From: an uncultured Gammaproteobacteria bacterium
GTDB lineage: Bacteria > Patescibacteriota > Microgenomatia > UBA1406 > HO2-37-13b
Direction of reading: 5' to 3'
DNA length: 64,000 bases
NCBI GenBank assembly: GCA_964422025.1
Contig: CAYQYZ010000001.1
Coordinates: forward strand, 77,410-141,409
A model generated the notes under the pieces. It worked only from the letters and a program-made list of their open reading frames with translations, was not told the DNA's origin and did no database searches. A program made the position numbers and the translations under genes. Positions 36,186 to 50,601 of the stretch are shown piece by piece; the first letter of the stretch is position 1; every line of letters begins with the position of its first letter.

Positions 36186-37688
36186 ATGAACATTGCCGAT
36201 CAAATAATTGCTGAAATTGAAGCATCTGCCAAAAAGAAACCCGCTTTAACCGCCGCAAACGTTGGAATCGTTGCGCAAGTAAAAGACGAAGTTGTATTTA
36301 TTGAAGGCATGAGTGGTGTTGGGTATGGTGAAACGTTGGTTTTCAAAAACGGTTCAACAGGAATCGTTATTGATTTACTTGAAGACGGTGTCGGAGCAAT
36401 TGTATTCGGCGACTACATTTCAATCTCTCAAGGAGAGACTGTGAAAGCCACCGGAGAAGTGTTAAGCATTCCTGTTTCAGAAAATTATATTGGCCGAGTC
36501 GTTGATGGTGTTGGAAATCCTATCGATGGCAAAGGAGCCATTGCTTCAAAGAAAATGTATCCGGTTGAAAAAGTAGCTCCTGGAATTATTTATCGAAAAT
36601 CAGTTTCAGAACCGGTTCAAACAGGCATCAAAGCCATTGACGCGCTTGTTCCAATCGGTCGAGGTCAGCGTGAACTTATTATCGGTGATCGAGGTACCGG
36701 AAAGAGCACGATCGCAATTGATGCGATTTTGAATCAAAAAGGCGAGAACATGATATGTATCTATAACATAATAGGTCAAAAGCGATCAAATACAGCAACT
36801 ATTATTGAATTGCTTCGTTCTAAAGGCGCACTTGATTATACTATTGTAGTTGCTGCTACGGCTTCTGATCCTGCGGCTATGCAATATATCGCTCCCTACT
36901 CAGCCACGGCAATTGCTGAATACTTTTTAGATCAAGGAAAAGATGTTTTAATTGTGTACGATGATTTAACAAAGCATGCCTGGGCATATCGACAAATTTC
37001 ACTTATTTTACGTCGTCCTGCAGGTCGTGAAGCGTATCCAGGTGACGTTTTCTACTTACATTCAAGACTTTTAGAGAGATCATGTAAAATTGATGCAAAA
37101 TATGGTGGTGGTTCAATTACTGCGCTTCCTATCATTCAAACACTTGAAGGCGACGTATCGGCGTACATTCCAACAAATGTCATTTCTATTACCGATGGTC
37201 AAATCTTCTTGGAATCAGACCTTTTCAATGCGGGAATTCGACCAGCCATTAACGTTGGAGTCTCTGTTTCACGTGTTGGAAGCTCAGCTCAAACCAAAGC
37301 TATGAAACAAGTTGCGGGAAAGCTTAAAAATGACTTGGCGCAATACCGTGAACTAGCCGCATTTGCACAATTTGAGTCTGAACTTGATGAAAAAACAAAA
37401 CAATTTATTGATCGAGGTGCTCGTATGACGCAACTACTGCGCCAAAAGAAAAATGTTCCATTGTCACTTGCTTCGCAAGTTATGTTGTTATGGGCTGGTG
37501 CAAATGGGTATTTAGATGCAATCCCAACCAAAGAAATTCAAAAGTTTGAAGCCGAGTACATAGAATTTATGCAAACAACGCATGCTGACTTACTAAAAAA
37601 GATTAATACTGACAAGAAGATTGATGAAAAGAATGAAGCAGAACTTAAAAAGATCGTTGAAAAGTACGTAAAATCACACATCAAATAA
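36186..37688 (+). CDS. atpA: F-type ATP synthase subunit alpha
   Basis: Walker A GDRGTGKST and the ITDGQIFLE motif. Confidence 0.95.
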   Translation: MNIADQIIAEIEASAKKKPALTAANVGIVAQVKDEVVFIEGMSGVGYGETLVFKNGSTGIVIDLLEDGVGAIVFGDYISISQGETVKATGEVLSIPVSENYIGRVVDGVGNPIDGKGAIASKKMYPVEKVAPGIIYRKSVSEPVQTGIKAIDALVPIGRGQRELIIGDRGTGKSTIAIDAILNQKGENMICIYNIIGQKRSNTATIIELLRSKGALDYTIVVAATASDPAAMQYIAPYSATAIAEYFLDQGKDVLIVYDDLTKHAWAYRQISLILRRPAGREAYPGDVFYLHSRLLERSCKIDAKYGGGSITALPIIQTLEGDVSAYIPTNVISITDGQIFLESDLFNAGIRPAINVGVSVSRVGSSAQTKAMKQVAGKLKNDLAQYRELAAFAQFESELDEKTKQFIDRGARMTQLLRQKKNVPLSLASQVMLLWAGANGYLDAIPTKEIQKFEAEYIEFMQTTHADLLKKINTDKKIDEKNEAELKKIVEKYVKSHIK

Positions 37689-37689
37689 T

Positions 37690-39931
<2,242 letters not shown>

Positions 39932-39937
39932 AGCGCT

Positions 39938-39999
39938 GTCATTCTGAGCGATACCTTTGTCATCCTGAGGGAGCAGAGCGACCGAAGGATCTCAGTGTT
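39938..39999 (+). repeat. Dispersed GTCATYCTGAG...GAAGRATCTCAGTG element (a head-only unit plus a full unit) between atpD and atpC
   Basis: GTCATTCTGAGCG, 8 nt, then GTCATCCTGAGGGAGCAGAGCGACCGAAGGATCTCAGTGTT. Confidence 0.8.
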
Positions 40000-40009
40000 A
40001 AAATACCAT

Positions 40010-40417
40010 ATGAATCTACAAATAATCACTCCACAAAAGATCACGTTTGAAGGTGAAGTTACTGCTATTACCGTTCCTTCCACTTCGGGAGAGATAACTA
40101 TTTTAAAAAATCATGAAGCCCTCTTTACCATGCTCAATGCCGGAGTAATAAAGATTAATAAGTCTGGACCTGATGAATTTTTAGCTATCGGAGGCGGATA
40201 TTTGGAAACAAACAAAGAAAAAACAATACTAGTTGTATCTCGTGCCTATGGGCAAGATGAAATCGATGCCGGGGAAATTAAACGTGCGCAAGAAGACGCC
40301 GATCGTAATTTAAAATCAGCCGTTACCGAAACCGAACGCCAACAGGCTTTGGAAGTCTTTAGACGATCAGCAATTGATGCAAAGTTACTCTCAAAGGTGA
40401 AACACAAAAGAAATTAG
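40010..40417 (+). CDS. atpC: F-type ATP synthase subunit epsilon
   Basis: MNLQIITPQKITFEGEV start. ATG 40010 is preferred over the ORF-track GTG 39995, which lies inside the repeat. Confidence 0.88.
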   Translation: MNLQIITPQKITFEGEVTAITVPSTSGEITILKNHEALFTMLNAGVIKINKSGPDEFLAIGGGYLETNKEKTILVVSRAYGQDEIDAGEIKRAQEDADRNLKSAVTETERQQALEVFRRSAIDAKLLSKVKHKRN

Positions 40418-40441
40418 TAGTACTTTTGGTATACTACTGAT

Positions 40442-41698
40442 ATGAACTCCGACAATCCGAATGATATTTCTCCAGAAGATACTGTTATTTCTCCTCAATC
40501 CAAGCCGAGTATTATCTCATGGATCCTTATAATCGTGCTTGTTTCATTGGGCTTTGTTTCAGGCTTGTATGGGTTTAGTAAACCCTCACTAAAGAAAGTC
40601 ACAGCAAACATTACACCTACACCCACATCTAAAGTAGAAAAGACTCCAGTTCCAACAAAAGCATTCTCACAAATAAATAGAATTGAGAAAGATGGAAAGA
40701 AGACTCCGGTATTTGTTAATGCCCTAAGAGATGACGGACAAATCGGTTCTTACATATATCAGTGGAAGGACTATTTACTTATCTTTGATTTTTCAGCTAA
40801 GAAAATTGCTGCACACAATACGGTTACTGGAGTTTCAAGTGAAATTGGCACAATAACTTATAAAGAAGGAGATTTTCCTTCGCTCATGTGGCCCCATGTA
40901 ATCGACGATTCAGTGTATTTTTCGTATGGCGGCTATTTACAGTTATATCCGGTTTTTTATATAAACCATCCTCCAACTACAGTAAAAATACTCAAAAATG
41001 AATTCGAAAACGCATCGGTTACTACAATTGAAGATAGTTATTATTTGATTGGTGGTACTGGAGATTCGTGTTTTGGTCGGGGTGCATTTAGTAGATTTGA
41101 CCCGTCAACAAAGCAGTCATGGCCAACATTTTATTCATATAGCGGATGTGGAGAAGGAGAGCAAATCGTTGCTCATATAGCAAAGGACAGAGTTCTTATG
41201 AGCAATCGCATAATGGATACTAGCGAACCTGATGGTTGGTTTATTGGTCTGTATAAAGATTTGTATGAAATTAATTCCACTAATCCCGCGAGTAAAGCTT
41301 ACTTGTTAACTGCTGAAAATATGCCTAAAAATGTAAAAAGCATGGAATATTTTAAGAATTCCAATAAAGTTGCGCTCTTTGGTAGCGAAATTTTCTTATA
41401 TGATTTATCTTCAAAGCAACTTGAATCGGTCAGCAAGAGACCAGAGGAAGGATTTGTAGATTTGTATTTTAAATCCTTGAATGGAGATATTTTATGCGCA
41501 GAATATAGAACTGAGCAAGAATCTGAAAAGACCAAACATATTGATATCAATATTAAGACCAAAACAATCACAACTCGAACAAAATCATGCGATGTGCCTA
41601 TTCCAACACCAAGCCCAGTCCAAAAGGAACCACAGACATTACAAGAACAGATTGATCTCTTAAAACTGCCCTCAAATTATGAGATTATCTACAATTAA
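40442..41698 (+). CDS. Hypothetical single-pass membrane protein with a large extracytoplasmic domain
   Basis: N-terminal TM segment (IISWILIIVLVSLGFVSGLYGF), a Pro/Thr linker, and an aromatic-rich globular part. I recognise no family. Confidence 0.5.
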   Translation: MNSDNPNDISPEDTVISPQSKPSIISWILIIVLVSLGFVSGLYGFSKPSLKKVTANITPTPTSKVEKTPVPTKAFSQINRIEKDGKKTPVFVNALRDDGQIGSYIYQWKDYLLIFDFSAKKIAAHNTVTGVSSEIGTITYKEGDFPSLMWPHVIDDSVYFSYGGYLQLYPVFYINHPPTTVKILKNEFENASVTTIEDSYYLIGGTGDSCFGRGAFSRFDPSTKQSWPTFYSYSGCGEGEQIVAHIAKDRVLMSNRIMDTSEPDGWFIGLYKDLYEINSTNPASKAYLLTAENMPKNVKSMEYFKNSNKVALFGSEIFLYDLSSKQLESVSKRPEEGFVDLYFKSLNGDILCAEYRTEQESEKTKHIDINIKTKTITTRTKSCDVPIPTPSPVQKEPQTLQEQIDLLKLPSNYEIIYN

Positions 41699-41716
41699 TT
41701 CACACCATTAATCCTG

Positions 41717-41745
41717 TTGACACCCATCCCACTCTCTGGTATCAT
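41717..41745 (+). promoter_or_regulatory. Promoter of the tRNA-Ala-23S transcription unit
   Basis: TTGACA (41717-41722), 17-nt spacer, TGgTATCAT (41737-41745). Confidence 0.6.
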
Positions 41746-41851
41746 ACTACTAATGAATATGCTCAATAAGCATTTGGTATAAGGCACTATTGGCGATCAC
41801 AATTCGATCTCCCAAACAGCCTTCGCAATAAGCGCATATCTTTGGACGTTT

Positions 41852-41862
41852 TGCTGTTTAAC
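41852..41862 (+). promoter_or_regulatory. boxA-like antitermination element in the rRNA leader
   Basis: TGCTGTTTAAC compared with E. coli boxA TGCTCTTTAAC (one mismatch). Confidence 0.35.
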
Positions 41863-41893
41863 GGATAATCCAAGGATAAAAAAGTTAGAATTC

Positions 41894-41969
41894 TGGGCCC
41901 ATGGCGCAATTGGTAGCGCACCTCGTTTGCAACGAGGGGGTTAGGAGTTCGAGTCTCCTTGGGTCCACC
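41894..41969 (+). tRNA. tRNA-Ala (anticodon TGC), CCA encoded
   Basis: Acceptor GGGCCCA/TGGGTCC with the G3:U70 identity pair. Anticodon arm CCTCG-TTTGCAA-CGAGG. Confidence 0.9.
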
Positions 41970-42050
41970 AATTTAGCGGTCAGGAAGTAGTAATGAGATT
42001 GCTCGTTACCAGTTCCTAACTTCTAAGTTTGTACCAGTCGCACATTAACA

Positions 42051-42153
42051 ATTAGCAGTATAGGTAGAAAAGTCGCATCTAATTTTTTTTAATGTTTATA
42101 TTTCCCGTGTTTGGGGAAATATATTCTGATTTGTGAGACATTGTCTCAAATTT

Positions 42154-42160
<7 letters not shown>
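42051..42160 (+). other. 5' strand of the long 23S processing stem
   Basis: TTAGCAGTATAGGT, AGAAAAGT, TTCTGATTTGTGAG and TCGAGAT pair with 45024-45037, 45012-45019, 44998-45011 and 44973-44979. Confidence 0.7.
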
Positions 42161-44972
<2,812 letters not shown>

Positions 44973-44979
<7 letters not shown>

Positions 44980-45037
44980 ATATTTGAGTGCCAATGGCTC
45001 ACAAATCAGAAACTTTTCTATAAACCTATACTGCTAA
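44973..45037 (+). other. 3' strand of the long 23S processing stem
   Basis: Complementary to 42051-42160, as listed for the 5' strand. Confidence 0.7.
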
Positions 45038-45065
45038 TTATTACTGTAAGACAAAACTCACACAT

Positions 45066-45093
45066 GTCATCCTGAACTTGTTTCAGGATGATG
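45066..45093 (+). repeat. Palindromic variant of the GTCATCCTGA element (perfect 10-bp hairpin)
   Basis: GTCATCCTGAA-CTTGT-TTCAGGATGATG. Lies between the 23S 3' stem and the topA promoter, so it could also terminate the rRNA unit. Confidence 0.7.
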
Positions 45094-45100
45094 TTCTTAC

Positions 45101-45109
45101 TGCTATAAT
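45101..45109 (+). promoter_or_regulatory. Extended -10 (TGcTATAAT) placed 6 nt before the topA ATG
   Basis: TGCTATAAT-TACACA-ATG (ATG at 45116). Confidence 0.55.
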
Positions 45110-45115
45110 TACACA

Positions 45116-47173
45116 ATGCAACTAATTATCGTCGAGTCCCCTACCAAAGCAAAAACATTTGGAAAATTTTTGGATAGCAAAAAATTCCGTGTGGAAGCTA
45201 CCATGGGACATATTCGCGATTTACCCGAAAGCAAACTAGGTGTTGATCAAGCTAACAATTTTAAGCCTGACTACGTGATTTCTCCGAAAAAAAAGAAGGT
45301 AGTGGCCGACATTAAGGCACTTGCCAAAAAAGCAGACACTATAATTCTCGCAACGGACGCGGATCGTGAAGGAGAAGCTATTTCTTACCACATTGCATAC
45401 GTTTTGGGGCTCATTGATGAAAAATGGCCAACGATAAAGCTCAAAAAAGATGCAAAAGTAAAACGCATTGTCTTTCATGAAATCACCCGAGAAGCTCTTG
45501 AAGAAGCCCTTAAGACACCTGGCGAGCTTAATCTGTCACTTATTGACTCACAACAAGCTCGACGCATTCTTGATCGTTTGGTAGGGTATAAAGTATCACC
45601 AATTCTGTGGAAAAAAATTGGAAAGCGCTGGCTTTCTGCAGGAAGAGTACAAACCGTTGCATTGCGTTTCATTGTTGAGCGTGAGAAAGAGATAGAAAAA
45701 TTTACTTCTGAACCATTCTTTAAAGTCACCGGTCTATTTTCCGATAAAAAGGTTAAAAAAGAAGTCGAAGCCCGGCTTGTTTCCAAAGACGGTATTGCCT
45801 ACGAGAAAAAATACACGATTCATTTATTTGATGGTGACTACACGTACACTAAAACCGATATTTACGAGAAAGACGTATCCATAATTAAGACGGATCTTGA
45901 AGGTGGTACCTTTACCATTAATGATGTCGTTGAAAAAGTCTCAAAACGCTCACCATTACCACCATTCATTACCTCCACACTTCAGCAAGAGGCTGCCCAA
46001 AAACTCGGCTATTCATCTAAAAACACGATGCGAGTGGCCCAACAGCTCTACGAACACGGGTTAATTACGTATCACCGAACCGATTCCGTTACTCTCTCGT
46101 CTAAATTCCTTACCGAAGTCACCACATATATCAATAAGACGTATGGAGCAGAGTACACACTCCCAGCGCCTCGATCCTTTACTGCTAAATCAAAGCTTGC
46201 TCAAGAAGCGCATGAAGCAATTCGCCCGACAAAACTAAACCCAAACCTTATCGAGGAAGGTTTTATAACGTCTGGCCACAAAAAACTGTATGACCTTATC
46301 TTTAAACGCGCCGTAGCAAGCCAAATGAAAGAAGCCCAAATTCGAAATACTAAAATTGAGATTATGAGTACTAAAAAGTACCTCTTTCAGTCGAATTTTG
46401 ACACAATTGTGTTTGATGGATTTCTTGCTCTCTACGAGCGCAAGGATACAAAAGACAACTTCTTGCCTAAAAAAGGAGATTCGATTGATCTTGATAAGCT
46501 TGATTTCCTTGAAACGCAAACAACTCCTCCACCACGATATAATGAAGCATCGCTCATTAAAACGCTTGAAGCTCGAGGAATTGGCCGGCCATCGACGTAC
46601 GCTCCAACTATCTCGACTATCCAGGACAGGCTGTATGTTGAAAAGAGAGAGGGACGATTCTATCCAACAATCCTAGGAACCGCCGTGTGCGACTACCTTT
46701 CCAAAGCCTTCGCCAGCATATTTGAGATTGATTTTACTGCTAATTTAGAAGACAAACTTGACGAAATTGCCCATAAAAAGGCCGATATGATTCAGGTTTT
46801 GTCAGAATTTAATAAGCCATTTGAAGCGTCTCTTGAGGAGGCAGCGGCAGACAAGTCATTTATAGATGTGCAAGAGAAAACGGATGAAAAATGCCCAACT
46901 TGTAGCAAACCACTCGTAGTTCGCTTCTCCAAATTCGGCAAATTCTACGCCTGTTCTGGCTTTCCAGACTGTAAATACACCAAAGCGTTCTACGAAACAG
47001 TTAAAGAGATATGTCCAAAATGCGCCGGAGCAATCGTAATTCGCTACACTAAACGAAAAAAGAAATTTTATGGATGTTCAAATTACCCTAAATGCGATTT
47101 TGCAGCATGGAAGCTGAATGAGTTTAAGAAAGCAGAAGCTCCAGCAGTCACCGAACCTGTTCAAGCAGTCTGA
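45116..47173 (+). CDS. topA: DNA topoisomerase I
   Basis: Toprim start LIIVESPTKAKT, the active-site region ITYHRTDS, and two C-terminal C4 zinc ribbons (CPTC...CSGFPDC, CPKC...CSNYPKC). Confidence 0.95.
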   Translation: MQLIIVESPTKAKTFGKFLDSKKFRVEATMGHIRDLPESKLGVDQANNFKPDYVISPKKKKVVADIKALAKKADTIILATDADREGEAISYHIAYVLGLIDEKWPTIKLKKDAKVKRIVFHEITREALEEALKTPGELNLSLIDSQQARRILDRLVGYKVSPILWKKIGKRWLSAGRVQTVALRFIVEREKEIEKFTSEPFFKVTGLFSDKKVKKEVEARLVSKDGIAYEKKYTIHLFDGDYTYTKTDIYEKDVSIIKTDLEGGTFTINDVVEKVSKRSPLPPFITSTLQQEAAQKLGYSSKNTMRVAQQLYEHGLITYHRTDSVTLSSKFLTEVTTYINKTYGAEYTLPAPRSFTAKSKLAQEAHEAIRPTKLNPNLIEEGFITSGHKKLYDLIFKRAVASQMKEAQIRNTKIEIMSTKKYLFQSNFDTIVFDGFLALYERKDTKDNFLPKKGDSIDLDKLDFLETQTTPPPRYNEASLIKTLEARGIGRPSTYAPTISTIQDRLYVEKREGRFYPTILGTAVCDYLSKAFASIFEIDFTANLEDKLDEIAHKKADMIQVLSEFNKPFEASLEEAAADKSFIDVQEKTDEKCPTCSKPLVVRFSKFGKFYACSGFPDCKYTKAFYETVKEICPKCAGAIVIRYTKRKKKFYGCSNYPKCDFAAWKLNEFKKAEAPAVTEPVQAV

Positions 47174-47179
47174 GAATCA

Positions 47180-47213
47180 GTCATTCTGAGTGTAAACGAA
47201 GAATCTCAGTGTT
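47180..47213 (+). repeat. Dispersed GTCATYCTGAG...GAAGRATCTCAGTG element, 7 nt after the topA stop
   Basis: GTCATTCTGAGTGTAAACGAAGAATCTCAGTGTT. Confidence 0.8.
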
Positions 47214-47267
47214 TACGAAATCTTCAGTTGTATTTTTCTACATAAACCTTTAGAATACTATTCCGTA

Positions 47268-48938
47268 GTGAAAAAGAAATATATTTTCGTTTCAGGTGGC
47301 GTAATTTCTGGCCTTGGAAAAGGAATTTCAACCGCCTCTATTGCACTGTTACTCAAGAATTCTGGCTACAAAGTAACTCCTATTAAGTTCGAGAACTACT
47401 TGAACATCGACGCAGGCACCATTAATCCGATTGAGCATGGCGATCCGTTCTTGTGCGACGATGGTACAGAAGCCGACATGGACATGGGCACGTATGAAAA
47501 ATACTTAGACATGAATATGAGTCGGGTAAATTTTGTAACCATGGGTCAAATTTATCGGGAAGTAATTGAAAAGGAACGTCGTTTTGAATACATGGGAGAA
47601 GATGTTCAAGAAGTTGTGCATATTACCGGTGAAATTATGAAACGGATCGAAACAGCAATGAACGCAACAAAATCCGATATTGCCGTAATTGAGCTCGGGG
47701 GAACGGCGGGGGAATATCAGAACATTCTGTACTACGAGGCTTCTCGTATGCTTACCTTCCGCAATCCGGGTGATGTAATTCACATACACGTAAGCTATTT
47801 ACCCACTCCACACCATTTGGGAGAGCCAAAAACCAAACCTGCCCAACTGTCAGTTCGCACAGTAAACTCTATGGGAATCCAACCCGACATGCTTATAGCC
47901 CGCTCCGATAAACCAATTGATGATCGTCGTAAAGAGCGTTTGGCTCTTTTCTGCAACATCCACGAGGAGGATGTGATTTCCAGTTACGATGTACCAAATG
48001 TATATCAAATTCCCATGATTATGGAAAAACAGCACATTACTGAGCGCATCTGTAAAAAGCTCGGCATTCCATATAAAAAGCCAAATATGACGAAGTGGAA
48101 CGCAATGGTAGACCACATTTTGGCAAAGAAGAAAAAAAGTATTACGATCGCTATTATTGGAAAGTATTTCTCGACGGGTGACTATCAGTTAAAAGACTCG
48201 TATGCAGCTCTTTTTGACGCAATTGATCACGCAGCAGTTCCCAATGATGTTGAAATCGATATTAAATGGATTAATGCCCAAAAAGTCGAAAAAGATGGCG
48301 CTGCAAAGTATTTAAAGGGGGTTGATGGAATAATTGTTCCCATCGGCTGGGGCAAGCGGGGAGCGGAAGGTATGATTCAGGCGGCTTCATACGCCCGTGA
48401 GCACAAAATCCCGTATTTGGGTCTTTGTTATGGCATGCAGCTAGCTGCAGTTGCGTTTGCGCGAGACGTGCTCAAGTTTCTCGATGCAAATACCGTTGAG
48501 AATGACACCAAAAGCAAACATCCTGTAATTCACTTAATTCCATCTCAGGCAGATATTATTAAGCGCAGAGCGTACGGCGGCACCATGCGACTGGGTTCAT
48601 GGGAAGCAAAAATCGACAAAAACTCATACGCCTACAAAATATATAACACGTATGACGGACTAGCTGATAAAGCCAAAGGACTCGTGTGGGAGCGACACAG
48701 ACATCGCTATGAATTTAATGATGAATATGCTGATCAATTTGAAAAGGCAGGCATGCATATTAGCGCACGTTCAATCGTAGAGAATTTGGCAGAAATTATT
48801 GAGCTTGACCCTAAAACACATCCTTTTTACATTGGAATCCAGGGGCACCCGGAATATAAAAGCCGTCCGCTGGCTCCACACCCACTTTTCTTAGGTTTCA
48901 TAAAAGCTTGTATTGATAACCAAAAAATGGTAAAATAA
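47268..48938 (+). CDS. pyrG: CTP synthase
   Basis: KYIFVSGGVISGLGKG start (GTG start codon) and the glutamine amidotransferase LGLCYGMQ. Confidence 0.95.
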   Translation: MKKKYIFVSGGVISGLGKGISTASIALLLKNSGYKVTPIKFENYLNIDAGTINPIEHGDPFLCDDGTEADMDMGTYEKYLDMNMSRVNFVTMGQIYREVIEKERRFEYMGEDVQEVVHITGEIMKRIETAMNATKSDIAVIELGGTAGEYQNILYYEASRMLTFRNPGDVIHIHVSYLPTPHHLGEPKTKPAQLSVRTVNSMGIQPDMLIARSDKPIDDRRKERLALFCNIHEEDVISSYDVPNVYQIPMIMEKQHITERICKKLGIPYKKPNMTKWNAMVDHILAKKKKSITIAIIGKYFSTGDYQLKDSYAALFDAIDHAAVPNDVEIDIKWINAQKVEKDGAAKYLKGVDGIIVPIGWGKRGAEGMIQAASYAREHKIPYLGLCYGMQLAAVAFARDVLKFLDANTVENDTKSKHPVIHLIPSQADIIKRRAYGGTMRLGSWEAKIDKNSYAYKIYNTYDGLADKAKGLVWERHRHRYEFNDEYADQFEKAGMHISARSIVENLAEIIELDPKTHPFYIGIQGHPEYKSRPLAPHPLFLGFIKACIDNQKMVK

Positions 48939-48942
48939 CTCC

Positions 48943-49263
48943 ATGGCAAACGCAATTACCGTAAAAGACACCACCTTAGGCATCGGCGACACGATAAAAG
49001 TTCATTATTCGTTTAATGAGGGCGGAAAGAAAAAACTTCAAATTTTTGAAGGTATTTTGATGGCTATTAAAGGCATGCAAGAAAACAAGATGTTTATGGT
49101 TCGAAAAATGACCAAAAGCAAAGTTGGTGTTGAAAGAATTTTCCCCGTAAACTCACCATTTATCGATAAAATCGATGTAGCTAAAAAAGGAATCGTACGA
49201 CGAGCAAAAATCTACTTTATCCGTGGAATGTCAGACCGACTTATCCGCGAACGCTTAAGTTAA
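48943..49263 (+). CDS. rplS: 50S ribosomal protein L19
   Basis: IGDTIKVHY...FEGILMAIKG...RRAKIYFIR pattern. Confidence 0.88.
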   Translation: MANAITVKDTTLGIGDTIKVHYSFNEGGKKKLQIFEGILMAIKGMQENKMFMVRKMTKSKVGVERIFPVNSPFIDKIDVAKKGIVRRAKIYFIRGMSDRLIRERLS

Positions 49264-49267
49264 GTAT

Positions 49268-49621
49268 ATGCAGTCACTTGGCGCTATTGGCGAACAAGAG
49301 GCTGCCCGATATCTTCAAGAACGTGACTTCCGAATTCTACATACAAATTTCCGAACTAAAATTGGCGAGCTTGATATTGTTGCGCAAAAGAAAGAAACGT
49401 TGGTCCTTGTCGAGGTTAAGTCGCGAATCGGGGATTTTCGAGGAAAACCGTACGAAGCTGTTAATCACCGAAAGATCGATCATATTAAGCGAACTGGTTA
49501 TGCATACCTACTTGCAAATAACATCAAACATGCTACACTTCGAATTGATGTTGTGTCGATCGTGTACAACGCTGATTTAAGTGTAAAAAAGCTACAGCAT
49601 TTTGAGAATATAACTGCTTAA
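49268..49621 (+). CDS. yraN: YraN family (UPF0102) endonuclease-like protein
   Basis: GEQEAARYLQERDFRILHTNFRTKIGELDIVAQ...LVLVEVKSR. Confidence 0.8.
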   Translation: MQSLGAIGEQEAARYLQERDFRILHTNFRTKIGELDIVAQKKETLVLVEVKSRIGDFRGKPYEAVNHRKIDHIKRTGYAYLLANNIKHATLRIDVVSIVYNADLSVKKLQHFENITA

Positions 49622-49726
49622 GAGTTGTTAGAACAAAAAGTAAAGCAAAACTGGATTTGTGTTTCAGGCACAAGGTGTAGTGATTTTGTGGTAAAATATA
49701 GTGGTGACATAGAAGCCAAGCACATT

Positions 49727-49802
49727 GGCCCCGTCGTCTAGCGGTTAGGACACCAGGTTTTCATCCTGGGAATCAGGGGTTCGATCCCCCTCGGGGTCAC
49801 CA
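49727..49802 (+). tRNA. tRNA-Glu (anticodon TTC), CCA encoded
   Basis: Acceptor GGCCCCG/CGGGGTC, D arm GTCT-AGCGGTTA-GGAC, anticodon arm CCAGG-TTTTCAT-CCTGG, T arm AGGGG-TTCGATC-CCCCT. Confidence 0.9.
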
Positions 49803-49838
49803 ATAAGAAACGACAGAGCAAAATGCGCTCTACATATT

Positions 49839-50507
49839 ATGTCTGAATTAAGTGAGATTGGAACTTTTCAAGTTACCGACAGGTCGCTTGCAGATGTAGA
49901 ACAAATATTAGATGTAGATTTTAGAGATAGGTCGACTATTCCACTAAGTGCTGTAATCCTAAATGTGGGTAGTGGGTTACATCGGTTATTTGAAAAACAG
50001 CTTACAGAAGCAAGGTCAGATTTAAATATATTATCGATTGATCCTTCGTTAGGACTTGCATCAATAGATCATTCAGCTCATCCACTTTCAGGATTTAAAA
50101 TAACTGAATTAGACCCTGAGATTGCTATTTACGACGCTGATGACAAGCCAACTATACATCGAGGAGATTGGATACTTCGAGGAGAAAAGGCTGCAAAATA
50201 TGATAGTGAAAGACGACTTAAAGCAACAATGGTCCCTGGAGCAATCGCTGCTCTAGCATCTGATTTGCCAATAAAGGACGAGTGTATTGATGTTATTATA
50301 GACACTCTGGGTCCAATACAATATATCAAAAATATTGATACTCTTAAAAAATATTTACTTGAAATTAAACGAGTACTAAAAAAATCGGGTAAAGCATATG
50401 TCAGTTCATTAAGCGATGACGCTAAAAAAATGTTGCCTGAAATAGGTTTACGATCTACACAAACCGATACTAGTAATGACGATTCTTTTATTCTCGCTCG
50501 TGTATAA
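49839..50507 (+). CDS. Hypothetical protein, possibly a class I SAM-methyltransferase fold
   Basis: VILNVGSG (motif I-like), VIIDTLGP and LKKSGKAYV. Weak. Confidence 0.35.
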   Translation: MSELSEIGTFQVTDRSLADVEQILDVDFRDRSTIPLSAVILNVGSGLHRLFEKQLTEARSDLNILSIDPSLGLASIDHSAHPLSGFKITELDPEIAIYDADDKPTIHRGDWILRGEKAAKYDSERRLKATMVPGAIAALASDLPIKDECIDVIIDTLGPIQYIKNIDTLKKYLLEIKRVLKKSGKAYVSSLSDDAKKMLPEIGLRSTQTDTSNDDSFILARV

Positions 50508-50601
50508 AATGGAATATATATCTCGAAGAAATTCCAGGCTATAAGCCTTCCAATTCTCCTATATTGTATTACCTCCTACCTACCTGTATAATGATTTCAC
50601 T

